Positions 41,838 through 52,002 of a stretch of DNA of 64,000 nt are shown here, one piece after another. The notes under the pieces were generated by a model. It did not search any database. It was not told where the DNA came from and was given only the letters and a program-made list of their open reading frames with translations. The translations under genes were made by a program, and so were the position numbers. Source of the DNA: a virus; the IMG/VR virus record IMGVR_UViG_3300026478_000749, positions 22,001-86,000 of that record; one strand, given 5' to 3'. Position 1 is the stretch's first letter. The number at the start of each line of letters is the position of its first letter.

Positions 41838-42431
41838 ATGAGTATAGTTAGAATTTCGGAATTACAAAGATTAACAACCCCAACAAATGGCGCGTTATTT
41901 TATATGGCACAAGGAAATGGGCCAACATATAGTTCAAGTGCAATCACATATGACGATTTATTTGGTAATGTTATAACGACAGGGTCAACAAGATTTTTTG
42001 GTTCATATAGTAGTTCCGTTACTCAAACAGGAACAACAAATACCGAACATCTAATGACATTCAATAGTCTTGATGCAACAAATGGTTGTACTTGGGCAAA
42101 TGGAACACAAATGATTGTTAGTAATCCTGGGTCATATAATTTACAATTTTCTGCTCAATTATATAGAGTTCAAGGAGGAACAACCGAAAACATCTATATA
42201 TGGTTTAAGAAAAATGGTCAAAATGTGACAAATTCAAATACCGCAATAACATTTGCAAATAATGGTCAATATATTGTTGCCGCATGGAATATCATATACC
42301 CTAACTTAAGTAGTGGTGATAACGTTGAAATTGCGTGGGCTACAACAGATAGTAATATACAAATAAGAGCATTGACCCCATCCCTTGGGCCGTCAATACC
42401 ATCAGTAATAGCAACATTAACACAAGTATAA
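41838..42431 (+). CDS. Short fibre protein with a C1q/TNF/BclA-C-like domain
   Basis: N-terminal RISEL motif; jelly-roll pattern GSYNLQFSAQL...IYIWFKKNGQNV...LSSGDNVEIAW. Confidence 0.6.
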   Translation: MSIVRISELQRLTTPTNGALFYMAQGNGPTYSSSAITYDDLFGNVITTGSTRFFGSYSSSVTQTGTTNTEHLMTFNSLDATNGCTWANGTQMIVSNPGSYNLQFSAQLYRVQGGTTENIYIWFKKNGQNVTNSNTAITFANNGQYIVAAWNIIYPNLSSGDNVEIAWATTDSNIQIRALTPSLGPSIPSVIATLTQV

Positions 42432-42434
42432 TAA

Positions 42435-44006
42435 ATGGCAACAATAAGATTATATAGTACATCTGGCTTATACAATGGTTATTATGCTGACGTTGTTTTC
42501 CACCCATATAGTGGAGGAACAGCTGTCAATATTGGCACCAATGTACTTATACCTTATTTTTGGACATCCGATTATTACTATGGTACATATGATTTTAATT
42601 TTAAAAATGAGCTTGAGGGTTTTACATGTAATTTAGAAATTGTACCAAATGTAACACCAACCCCAACAACAACCCCAACAATCACATTTACACCTACTGA
42701 AACACCAACAGTAACATCTTCAGATAGTTGTGAATTTATAATTGATATTAATGCAATAATTGCAACACCAACCCCTACATTTACTACAACCCCAACTATC
42801 ACAGAAACACCAACGGTGACCTCTTCAGATAGTTGTGAGTTTATGATTAACATCGATGCTATTATTGCAACACCAACACCAACACCAACGTCTACCGGAA
42901 CACCAACAATAACTCAAACCCCAACTACAACCGAGACACCGACGCCAACAGAGACACCTACTATTACAATTACCCCAACAGAGACATATACACCAAATTG
43001 TGATTTTATTATCGATACTATTGCTATAATTGCTACACCAACACCAACTTCAACACCTACAATAACAGAGACACCTACGTCTACTGAGACACCAACTATC
43101 ACACAAACGCCAACTTCAACATCTACTGCGACACCAACGATAACTGAAACACCAACATCTACTTATACACCAAATTGTGAGTTTGTAATAGATACTGTTG
43201 CGGTAATCGCCACACCAACACCTACTTCAACTTCTACACCAACAACAACTGAAACGCCAACAGCAACCCCAACCTCTACTGCAACACCAACGGTAACTGA
43301 AACACCAACAGCAACGCCAACATCAACTTATACACCTGATTGTGCGTTCCAAGCTGCGTTTGGTACACCATTAGTTGTTGATGAAAATACTGAAATTAAT
43401 ATTTGGTTTGATGATAGCGGCTCAATGAATTCAACATTAGCACCATTACAAACTATGAGAGATACCATTTTAAGAGATTGTCTTGTTCAATTCTACAATA
43501 ATGATTATAACACATATGATCAAAACGTAACGGTAAGCAACTTCTCAAGTAAAACTGGTGGTACAGAGAGAACGATGTACATATTGAACACAACTGGAAC
43601 AACAGCTGGTATAACTAAGGTTATAAATTTAGTATTCCAAGATGAATCTTCACCATATGCTGCTGACGGTAGTTCATTTAATATTAGCGTCAGAACAGGA
43701 ACATATGATACAGACATAAGTGGCTTAAGATCAACGCTTGACAATGTTCCGAATAGCAGTTATTATAGAGGTATTGTGTTTAGAGTTAATACAGGACCAG
43801 ATTCGTATGACGGATTTAGACAATTCTTAGCTGCCGTTAAAAACGGGGCTGGAGCATATTCGGGAACAAATGGTCTATCAGATAAGAGTGAAATAACCTA
43901 CATTTCAAATGTTACAGCAGGATCAAATGCTCAGTATTATGCGGATCAAATAATAACAGCACTAAACACATTGGGGTATAATTTAAACCTGTGTAATCAA
44001 AGTTAA
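42435..44006 (+). CDS. Thr-Pro-rich fibre protein with a C-terminal vWA-like domain
   Basis: Long TP linkers, then [11 protein letters not shown] (MIDAS DxSxS) and VINLVFQDE. Confidence 0.6.
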   Translation: MATIRLYSTSGLYNGYYADVVFHPYSGGTAVNIGTNVLIPYFWTSDYYYGTYDFNFKNELEGFTCNLEIVPNVTPTPTTTPTITFTPTETPTVTSSDSCEFIIDINAIIATPTPTFTTTPTITETPTVTSSDSCEFMINIDAIIATPTPTPTSTGTPTITQTPTTTETPTPTETPTITITPTETYTPNCDFIIDTIAIIATPTPTSTPTITETPTSTETPTITQTPTSTSTATPTITETPTSTYTPNCEFVIDTVAVIATPTPTSTSTPTTTETPTATPTSTATPTVTETPTATPTSTYTPDCAFQAAFGTPLVVDENTEINIWFDDSGSMNSTLAPLQTMRDTILRDCLVQFYNNDYNTYDQNVTVSNFSSKTGGTERTMYILNTTGTTAGITKVINLVFQDESSPYAADGSSFNISVRTGTYDTDISGLRSTLDNVPNSSYYRGIVFRVNTGPDSYDGFRQFLAAVKNGAGAYSGTNGLSDKSEITYISNVTAGSNAQYYADQIITALNTLGYNLNLCNQS

Positions 44007-44025
44007 TGAATAATTATATAGAATA

Positions 44026-47000
44026 ATGGCAAAACAATTCACAGTAACAATATCTTCAGGGACAGCACCAGGGCCATACAACATTTATTATGATGTTGTT
44101 GATCCGTTGAATATTGCTACTGTAGTTTCAACGTCACTACCTGCAACAGGAATAACATATTCAGATTTAACAAACATAAACGGCGTATTGGTATCGGTAC
44201 CAGATAATGCGTATAAAATAATTTTATATAACACAGATCCATATTGTTTAATCGGTGACGATTTAATTTTACCAACACCAACACCAACAGCTACACCAAC
44301 AACAACACCAACAATTACTGCTACACCTACTATAACACCAACCCCAACCCCAACATTTACAGCAACGCCAACATCAACTTATACACCAAATTGTGAATTT
44401 ATTATTGATACCTCGGCGACTATTATAACGCCGACACCAACATCTACCGCGACACCAACCCCAACAAACTCAACACCAACGGATATTACATTAAGTAATG
44501 ATAGTATAAATGAAAATAGTGCTATAAACACTATTATCGGTACATTGAGCACAACAGATGCAAATCCGGGTGATACACATACGTACAGCATTCAACCAGG
44601 TGGTAATGGGTTTAAATTTAATATATCTGGTAGTAGTTTAAGATCATCTGAATCTTTTAATTATGAAGCAGCAACTTCATACACAGTAACAATTAGATCA
44701 ACAGATAGTGGCGGATTATATTTTGATAAAACATTTACAATTTATGTAAACAATGTAAATGAAGCACCATACGGCTTGAATTTCAGTGGTTCAATTCCTG
44801 AAAATTCAGCAACAGGTACAACTGTTGGTACAATAACGGCTTTGGATGTTGATTCTGGTGATACATTTACATATGCATTAACAGATACAATAAATTATCC
44901 AGATAATAATAGTTTTACATTAACAACAGCGGGGGTTTTAAAATCAGCTGCGGTTTTTGACTATGAAACAAAAAATTCATATTCAATTAAAGTAAGAACA
45001 ACAGATGCTGGCGGATTAACATATGATGGTGTATTAACAGTACCAATTACAAACGTTAATGAGGCACCTTACGGTTTAACAATAAGCAGTAATACAATTG
45101 CAGAAAACTCTGCAACAGGAACAACTATTGGAACTCTATCTGGTTTAGATTATGATGCTGGATCGACATTTACTTACGCATTTACAGATACCATAAATTA
45201 TCCTGATAATAGTAGCTTTAGCATAAGTGGATCAACACTTAGATCTGCTGTTATCTTTAATTATGAAACCAAATCTTCATATTCAATTAAAATTAGGGTT
45301 ACTGACCAAGGTGGGTTAACGTATGATGGAACATTAACAATCAATGTAACAAATGTTAACGAAACACCAACAAATATTTCATTAAGCGCGTCTTCAATTG
45401 CTGAAAATGTTGCTACTGGTACAACAATTGGTACGTTATCAACAACAGATCCAGATGCTGGTGATACATTTACATATCAGCTATATGATACTGCAACCTA
45501 TCCTGATAACAGTAGCTTTAGCATAAGTGGATCAACACTTAGATCTGCTGCAGTTTTTAATTATGAAAGCAAAAGTTCGTATAGCATTAGGGTTAGATCA
45601 ACAGATGCTGGTGGATTAACATTTGATAAAACATTAACGATTACAATTACGAATGTAAACGAAACACCAACGGGCATTTCATTATCATCAAACACAATTG
45701 CAGAAAATTCTGCGACCGGAACAACAATTGGTACGTTATCAACAACAGATCCAGATGCAGGGGATACGTTTACTTATACATTAACAGATACAGTAAATTA
45801 TCCCGATAATAGCAGCTTTACCATTGTTGGTTCATCACTAAGATCTGCAGCAATATTTAATTTTGAATCTAAATCTTCTTATTCAATCAAAGTTAGATCA
45901 ACAGATGCGGGCGGATTAACAGTAGATCAAACTTTTGCAATTTCTGTTACAAATGTTAATGAAGCCCCAACAAATATAAGTTTAAGTTCTTCATCAATAT
46001 CAGAAAACGTACCAACCGGAACAACTGTTGGTACATTTAGTTCTACAGACCCAGACGCTGGTGATACATTCACATATGCATTAGTAGATACATCAACATA
46101 TCCAGATAATAGTAGTTTCTCAATTTCAGGAAGCACATTAAGAAGTGCGGCCATTTTTGATTTTGAAACACAATCAACATATTCAATAAGAGTTAGAGCA
46201 ACAGATGCAGGTGGACTAACCTATGACAAAACAATAACAATATCTATTACAAATGTTACAATATCTGTTGGAGCATCTGTAACAACAAATGTGACGTGTA
46301 ATGGCGGATCAAACGGTGTTATAACAGTATCGGGTGTCACTGGCGGAACTGCAAGTTATACATATTCTAAAGATGGGTCAACTTATCAGTCGTCAAATGT
46401 ATTTAGCGGCTTAACTGCTAATTCATATATTTTATATGCCAAAGATTCTTATGGTGAAGTTGGTAGTAGTGCTGTAGTAACAGTAACTCAACCAGCAGTA
46501 GTCTCACTTAGTGCATCTGGAACAAACCCAACGTGTGTTGGTAGTACCGATGGTTCAATTACAGTATCATCTGCATCTGGCGGGTCTGGAAGTGGTTATA
46601 CCTATTCTAAAGATGGTTCAAGCTATCAGACTGGGACAACATTTAGCAATTTAGCTAATGGAACATATACAATTTATGCAAAAGATAGTAATAATTGTAC
46701 TGGATCAACTTCAGTAACATTAAGTAGAACACAAGTTACTGCAACAATATCACAAACAAATGTAACTTGTAATGGAGGTAACGATGGGTCAATAGTTGTT
46801 TCTGATTTAGCTGGTGGTCAAGGCGGACCATATTCAACAAAATTAAATGCCGGAGGAACTTACCAAGTAATTACAACCTCAAGAACATATTCATCACTAA
46901 CAGCAGGTTCATACACAATTTATGTGAAAGATAGTGCTGGTTGTGAAAATACGTATGCAGTAACAATAACTCAACCATCTCAAGTAACAGTTAGTTCATC

Positions 47001-48963
47001 TTCATTGGTGTATCCAACTTGTTGGAATAGTACTAACGGTGGATTTACATTAAGTGCTTCTGGGGGTGTAGGAACATATCAATATTCTAAAGATAACGGG
47101 GCAACATGGCAAAGTAGTGGTGTTTTCACTAACTTAAGTTCTGGTGTTTATACTGTTAAATCAAAAGATAATAGTGGATGCCAATCTACTGGTTTAACGG
47201 TTGACATAACTAAGTCCGCACCAACACCGGTGGTCAACCAAACAAACGTTTCTTGTAATGGAGGAACTGGATCATTAAATGTTGTTGGCGCAAGTGGTGG
47301 TAATAATGGGCCGTATACTGTTTCATTAAATGATGTAACATACTATACGGTACAAAAATTATTTGACTCATTATCACCTGGGGTATATACATTATATATT
47401 AAAGATGCAACAGGATGTAAGGCGTCTTATACATATACAATCACACAACCATCTGCATTAACAATAAGTGTTAGCTCTGCAACAAATCCAACTTGTTGGA
47501 ATGGTACAAATGGTGAAATAGTTGTTTCGGCATCTGGTGGAACAGGAACAAAAACTTATTCAAAAGACGGTACAAACTACCAAGCAAGCGCAACGTTTAG
47601 CAATTTAGGTACAGGTACATATACATTGTATGTAAAAGATGCTAATGATTGTACCGCAACAGTATCACAAACCTTATCTAAATCAGCTCCTAATGCGCAG
47701 ATTCAAGTGACTAATCCATCTTGTTTTGGTGGTACAGGTTCAATAGTTGTTTCTGCAGGTACAGGAGGAAATGGCGGCACGTATCAATCAAAATTAAATG
47801 CCGGAGGAACTTATGGAAATCTCCCACAAACATATTCGAGTTTAGGTGACGGATCGTACACAATTTTTGTTAAAGATGGTTCAGGATGTGAGCAAACATA
47901 TTCTACTTCAATAAGTGTTCCAACTCAAGTGACAATCAGTACAAATGCAACATATCCAACATGTTATAATAGCTCTAATGGTGCTGTTACAGTTGGGGCT
48001 GGTGGAGGAACTGGCTCGTACGAATACTCTAAAGATGGTGGATCAACATGGCAATTAAGTAATTCATTTACTAGTCTCTTTGCTACAACATATACCTTTA
48101 GAGTAAAAGATAGCAACGGATGTTTATCATCAACACAATCTGTTAACTTAAGTAAAGCGGCGCCTTATGCTAATATTTCAGTTTCTAATGTGACTTGTAA
48201 CGGAGGATCAAACGGCTCAATTACATTAACTAACCCAACAAGTGGAAATAGTGGCCAAATTACCGCATCATTAACAGGTGGTGTATCTGATTACTATTCA
48301 TTTACACTTGGTACATTAACATTTAGTAATAAAACTGCGGGTACATATACTGTATACATAAAAGATTCTAGTGGTTGTGTTGCTACATATGAAGCTATCA
48401 TAACTCAACCTACAGCACAATCAGCTTCAATTAGTAGTCCTGTAAACCCACCATGCGCTGATCCAAATGGAGGTAGCTTGACAATTTCATCTGCAGGTGG
48501 TGTGTGGCCTAAGACATATAGATTATATGAAGACGAATCTTCGCCATATACAACTTGTGGCGGCACATTAAGAGCGACATATACTAACGTCACTTCAGAT
48601 AATACAAGTAGAAGTGTTACAGGTCTAACTTCTGGCGGATTCTGCTTAGAAGTAACAGATGCAAACGGATGTGTAGTTACAAGCGGAATAACAGTTTTAG
48701 TTGACGAAGCGGTAAATTATACATATCAAGTTATCAGATGTAGTGACAACGCATATTTAACAATGACTTCACCAGATGTATTAGTATCAGCATTCTTAGG
48801 TGGAACTAAAGTGGTGAAAATCAATAATGTATGTTACCAAATCGACTACTCAACTGGTACGCAGTGTTCAACTAGTTCAATTCATTTAGCTGACGGAAAT
48901 AACGCAGTAATCTATAACAATTGTACTAACTGTAGTAGTGGTAGCGGAGGTCAACAAGTATAA
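44026..48963 (+). CDS. Giant adhesin-like virion protein with 6 cadherin repeats and 10 SprB-like repeats
   Basis: Cadherin motifs I.ENS..GT.IGTLSTTDPD, FNYE, TDAGG, NVNE(A/T)P; SprB-type repeats TNVTCNGG.NG.I.V...GG...Y.YS.DG...L..G.YT.YVKD..GC. Confidence 0.85.
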   Translation: MAKQFTVTISSGTAPGPYNIYYDVVDPLNIATVVSTSLPATGITYSDLTNINGVLVSVPDNAYKIILYNTDPYCLIGDDLILPTPTPTATPTTTPTITATPTITPTPTPTFTATPTSTYTPNCEFIIDTSATIITPTPTSTATPTPTNSTPTDITLSNDSINENSAINTIIGTLSTTDANPGDTHTYSIQPGGNGFKFNISGSSLRSSESFNYEAATSYTVTIRSTDSGGLYFDKTFTIYVNNVNEAPYGLNFSGSIPENSATGTTVGTITALDVDSGDTFTYALTDTINYPDNNSFTLTTAGVLKSAAVFDYETKNSYSIKVRTTDAGGLTYDGVLTVPITNVNEAPYGLTISSNTIAENSATGTTIGTLSGLDYDAGSTFTYAFTDTINYPDNSSFSISGSTLRSAVIFNYETKSSYSIKIRVTDQGGLTYDGTLTINVTNVNETPTNISLSASSIAENVATGTTIGTLSTTDPDAGDTFTYQLYDTATYPDNSSFSISGSTLRSAAVFNYESKSSYSIRVRSTDAGGLTFDKTLTITITNVNETPTGISLSSNTIAENSATGTTIGTLSTTDPDAGDTFTYTLTDTVNYPDNSSFTIVGSSLRSAAIFNFESKSSYSIKVRSTDAGGLTVDQTFAISVTNVNEAPTNISLSSSSISENVPTGTTVGTFSSTDPDAGDTFTYALVDTSTYPDNSSFSISGSTLRSAAIFDFETQSTYSIRVRATDAGGLTYDKTITISITNVTISVGASVTTNVTCNGGSNGVITVSGVTGGTASYTYSKDGSTYQSSNVFSGLTANSYILYAKDSYGEVGSSAVVTVTQPAVVSLSASGTNPTCVGSTDGSITVSSASGGSGSGYTYSKDGSSYQTGTTFSNLANGTYTIYAKDSNNCTGSTSVTLSRTQVTATISQTNVTCNGGNDGSIVVSDLAGGQGGPYSTKLNAGGTYQVITTSRTYSSLTAGSYTIYVKDSAGCENTYAVTITQPSQVTVSSSSLVYPTCWNSTNGGFTLSASGGVGTYQYSKDNGATWQSSGVFTNLSSGVYTVKSKDNSGCQSTGLTVDITKSAPTPVVNQTNVSCNGGTGSLNVVGASGGNNGPYTVSLNDVTYYTVQKLFDSLSPGVYTLYIKDATGCKASYTYTITQPSALTISVSSATNPTCWNGTNGEIVVSASGGTGTKTYSKDGTNYQASATFSNLGTGTYTLYVKDANDCTATVSQTLSKSAPNAQIQVTNPSCFGGTGSIVVSAGTGGNGGTYQSKLNAGGTYGNLPQTYSSLGDGSYTIFVKDGSGCEQTYSTSISVPTQVTISTNATYPTCYNSSNGAVTVGAGGGTGSYEYSKDGGSTWQLSNSFTSLFATTYTFRVKDSNGCLSSTQSVNLSKAAPYANISVSNVTCNGGSNGSITLTNPTSGNSGQITASLTGGVSDYYSFTLGTLTFSNKTAGTYTVYIKDSSGCVATYEAIITQPTAQSASISSPVNPPCADPNGGSLTISSAGGVWPKTYRLYEDESSPYTTCGGTLRATYTNVTSDNTSRSVTGLTSGGFCLEVTDANGCVVTSGITVLVDEAVNYTYQVIRCSDNAYLTMTSPDVLVSAFLGGTKVVKINNVCYQIDYSTGTQCSTSSIHLADGNNAVIYNNCTNCSSGSGGQQV
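44464..46257 (+). repeat. Six tandem cadherin-coding repeats with about 300 bp period
   Basis: 45199-45250 vs 45499-45550 are near-identical; 45421-45458 vs 45721-45758 are identical. Confidence 0.9.
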
Positions 48964-49018
48964 AATATAAAGCAAATAAAACCAAATAAACGAATATTTA
49001 TATTAAAAAGAAAAAACA

Positions 49019-49585
49019 ATGATAGTTACTTTCACATTACAAAATCAATATTCTGGCGCAACATATGTAGCTGGGCCTTTTAATATTTCGGGAACAACTG
49101 ACGCTAACGTAACAACAGAATTAGCGACGGGAATAACCAAAGAACAGTTATTAACCGGACATACAATTACAGGTATTACTGATTCAACAACCGGTGGAAC
49201 AATTGCTAGTACTGGGGTTTGCACAAATACTCAACAATGGGTAGCTTTCCCATCACAATCAACACCAACACCAACAGTAACCCCATCAGCGTATGGATAT
49301 TGTTACAGTCTGACTTATTCAACAATACCAAATGATCTATATGTTAGATATAGAGACATGGAAGGTGTGGTTACAACGACTCTAATCCAAAATTTACAAA
49401 GTATGGATAATGGAAATGGAACATATACCGCCTACATATGCGTTATGCAAGGAGGTTCATACCAATCTCCGGTTTGTGTTCAATACAGTATGGAAGTTAC
49501 TTGCGACCCATACTTATGGTCAACAGATAACTGTATTTGTACCACAGTATCTGGTAGTGAATGTTTTGTACCATGTGCCAACTAA
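49019..49585 (+). CDS. Small Cys-rich virion/fibre accessory protein
   Basis: N-terminal domain related to that of 44026 (GPFNI, ATGIT), a TP linker and a Cys-rich C-terminal domain; preceded by TATTTATA. Confidence 0.6.
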   Translation: MIVTFTLQNQYSGATYVAGPFNISGTTDANVTTELATGITKEQLLTGHTITGITDSTTGGTIASTGVCTNTQQWVAFPSQSTPTPTVTPSAYGYCYSLTYSTIPNDLYVRYRDMEGVVTTTLIQNLQSMDNGNGTYTAYICVMQGGSYQSPVCVQYSMEVTCDPYLWSTDNCICTTVSGSECFVPCAN

Positions 49586-49606
49586 TTTTAAATTAAATAA
49601 TATTTT

Positions 49607-49634
49607 AAAACCCCTTCAAAACAAGGGGTTTTTT
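49607..49634 (+). terminator. Rho-independent terminator
   Basis: AAAACCCCTT / AAGGGGTTTT stem followed by a T-run. Confidence 0.8.
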
Positions 49635-49667
49635 ATTTATATTTTATAAGAGTTGTATTTATGTAGT

Positions 49668-50846
49668 ATGGGATTAAATCTAAAATTAAAAGGTATTGTT
49701 TCACCAAACCCATTTAAGTTATTATATAAAACTGGGCCAACCGCAGGTAATGAATCCGTGGTCACAACTGGGTATACATATTATCCAAATTCTACTACAA
49801 CTTATCAAGCAAGTTCTGATGGATCATATTACAACACAAATCCTATTATTTTTAGCGGGGCATCGTACAGTACTCAATACTGGTTTAAAATTTTAGACAC
49901 CGTAACCGGAGGCTATGTGATTGAAAATGTTTTCACAAATCACGAAGAGGTTTATGATAATTGTATAAATTGTTGTTTATTTACTGGGGGTACATCGAAC
50001 TATATTGATTGTAGATTTAGTGGAGGATCAGCAATAAGTGATCAAGTGATAACACCCTCACCAACAGGAACACCAACAAGTACATCAACTAATACAGCAA
50101 CGCCAACAAGTACTGCTGGGGTAACACCAACACCAACAAGTACACCAACACCAACAAGTACTCAAGGAGTAACACCGACTAGTACAGGTACACCGACAAC
50201 AACATCTACACCTACAATTACACCAACAGTAACTGGAACACCAACAGTAACAACATCTGGAGGTAGTGGTTGTATAACAATTAGTGAGTCAATTAGCAAT
50301 GAACAAATAAATTGTTTAGGTCAGGGGCCTTATAATAACACAATAACAAGGGTTACCGCAACCTTAAGTGCAATTGCTGGGGTTAGTGTAGAAGTTATGG
50401 TAAACGCAACAAGAAACTATTGTTACGGAGGGACAACCCCTGAAACTTATTCTATAACAATAACCGCAGGTAACCTATCAAATTACGTTGATATAACAAC
50501 AACAGGATATGTTGATTGTGGTGGTCAAGAAAGCTATTGTCAAGCTGAGACAATCACAATCGATAGTTATGCGTCAATAACACCAAATTATAGTGTATGC
50601 GCAGACCCAACCCCATCCCCAACCATAACACCAACATCTTCAGCGGTAACATATAATTGTAATAATGGTGTATGTGAAGCAGTATATGACGGAAGTGGTT
50701 TATATACCACATTACAAGATTGTCAATCTAATTGTGTACAAACCACATATTATTGTAAAGATAGTGAATTTTCACCATGTTACGCACAAGTTGGCCCATG
50801 CACAGGTACACAAATAACATGTAGCCAGTTTGAAGTACCGAATTAA
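49668..50846 (+). CDS. Thr-Pro- and Cys-rich virion/fibre accessory protein
   Basis: Start moved to ATG 49668, after TATTTAT at 49656. TP linkers and C-terminal YNCNNGVC...YTTLQDCQSNC. Confidence 0.6.
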   Translation: MGLNLKLKGIVSPNPFKLLYKTGPTAGNESVVTTGYTYYPNSTTTYQASSDGSYYNTNPIIFSGASYSTQYWFKILDTVTGGYVIENVFTNHEEVYDNCINCCLFTGGTSNYIDCRFSGGSAISDQVITPSPTGTPTSTSTNTATPTSTAGVTPTPTSTPTPTSTQGVTPTSTGTPTTTSTPTITPTVTGTPTVTTSGGSGCITISESISNEQINCLGQGPYNNTITRVTATLSAIAGVSVEVMVNATRNYCYGGTTPETYSITITAGNLSNYVDITTTGYVDCGGQESYCQAETITIDSYASITPNYSVCADPTPSPTITPTSSAVTYNCNNGVCEAVYDGSGLYTTLQDCQSNCVQTTYYCKDSEFSPCYAQVGPCTGTQITCSQFEVPN

Positions 50847-50875
50847 TAAAATAAAAGAAATAATATTTATAACAT

Positions 50876-51979
50876 ATGGCATTTAACGCTTCGGTAAATT
50901 TAGGAACAGTAGGAAACGGAATTACAGGACAAACCGTTTCAATATCAGGATGTACAGGTGCATCTTGTGGAAGCGGCTGTACAAGCTTAGCGACATCACA
51001 AGCTGTAACTAGTTTTCCAAAAACATTAACAGGAATACCCGATAACGTGGTTAGTTTATTTGTTAAAGTTGATGGAGGTGATTGTTCAGGAACATCACAA
51101 TGTATTTCTATTACAGGTATACCAGGAGCGACACCAACACCAACAACAACTTCTACTACTGTTAATCCAACGATCACGCCAACAACAACACCAACTATTA
51201 ACCCAACAATTACACCTACCACAACCACTACACCAACTATCAATCCAACAATTACACCTACAGTAACACCAACAACTTGTTTAAGCGGTGATTTAACAAC
51301 AACAGGTACTTGTAGTGGTTCAGATTTATCAACATTTACGTTGGCAAGCGGATACAAAGTAACAGTTGAACCACAAGGTTACTTCTACAGTGGTACAGGA
51401 ACAAGATACGCATATGCATATTTAAGAACAAGTACAGGGGTTGATATTCAACAATTTACATTAACACAAGTTAATAGTAACACACCAACATTCTCACCAA
51501 CAGGATATACATTAACAACACCAGGCACATATCAGCTATATGTACAACAAATAGATTGTAATCAAGGAGGAGGAACTGGAGGTTCCGGTCAAATGAATCT
51601 AGATGTTCGCGATTGTCAAGAATATACTGCAACGCCAACACCAACATTAACACCAACATTGCTTAATGAATTTTATATTGCTTCTCCGGTTGATGTAAGT
51701 TTAACTGGTAGCACATATTGTAGTAGCCCAGGTTATATAATGTCGGGGGTAATAAAATCAACATCATCAACTATTTCAGGAATGCTTAATAATCCTGTAT
51801 ACGATTCTGCTGGCGACCCATTTGTTGGGCCTGGATCAGGTTATGTTTACGCAATAAAAACAACACAATACGGAAATACATACAATGATGGTCAATTTAG
51901 TTGGATTGAAATTGATTCAATGGGTAATGTAACAGACGTAGGATCACAATCATGTGGTGGCGGAGGTGGACCGATGTAA
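50876..51979 (+). CDS. Thr-Pro- and Cys-rich virion/fibre accessory protein
   Basis: N-terminal anchor-like domain (LAT, GIPDN, C), TP linkers and two small beta domains; TATTTATA at 50864. Confidence 0.6.
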   Translation: MAFNASVNLGTVGNGITGQTVSISGCTGASCGSGCTSLATSQAVTSFPKTLTGIPDNVVSLFVKVDGGDCSGTSQCISITGIPGATPTPTTTSTTVNPTITPTTTPTINPTITPTTTTTPTINPTITPTVTPTTCLSGDLTTTGTCSGSDLSTFTLASGYKVTVEPQGYFYSGTGTRYAYAYLRTSTGVDIQQFTLTQVNSNTPTFSPTGYTLTTPGTYQLYVQQIDCNQGGGTGGSGQMNLDVRDCQEYTATPTPTLTPTLLNEFYIASPVDVSLTGSTYCSSPGYIMSGVIKSTSSTISGMLNNPVYDSAGDPFVGPGSGYVYAIKTTQYGNTYNDGQFSWIEIDSMGNVTDVGSQSCGGGGGPM

Positions 51980-52002
51980 ATAAAAACATATACTTTTAAC
52001 AT

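Larger units (their letters stand above)
41030..44470 (+). repeat. Thr-Pro-rich coding repeats with recurring (TPN/SDS)C(E/D)F-x-(I/V)D-x-x-A-x-IATPTP modules, spread over three genes
   Basis: 10 clear modules: 5 in 36854, 4 in 42435 and 1 in 44026. The copies at 41396-41460 and 43158-43222 match at 62/65 nt. Confidence 0.9.

Noticed and set aside
41030-51979. Diversity-generating retroelement acting on the fibre genes
   Set aside because: No reverse transcriptase is in the window, and the repeat differences are synonymous rather than adenine-specific.
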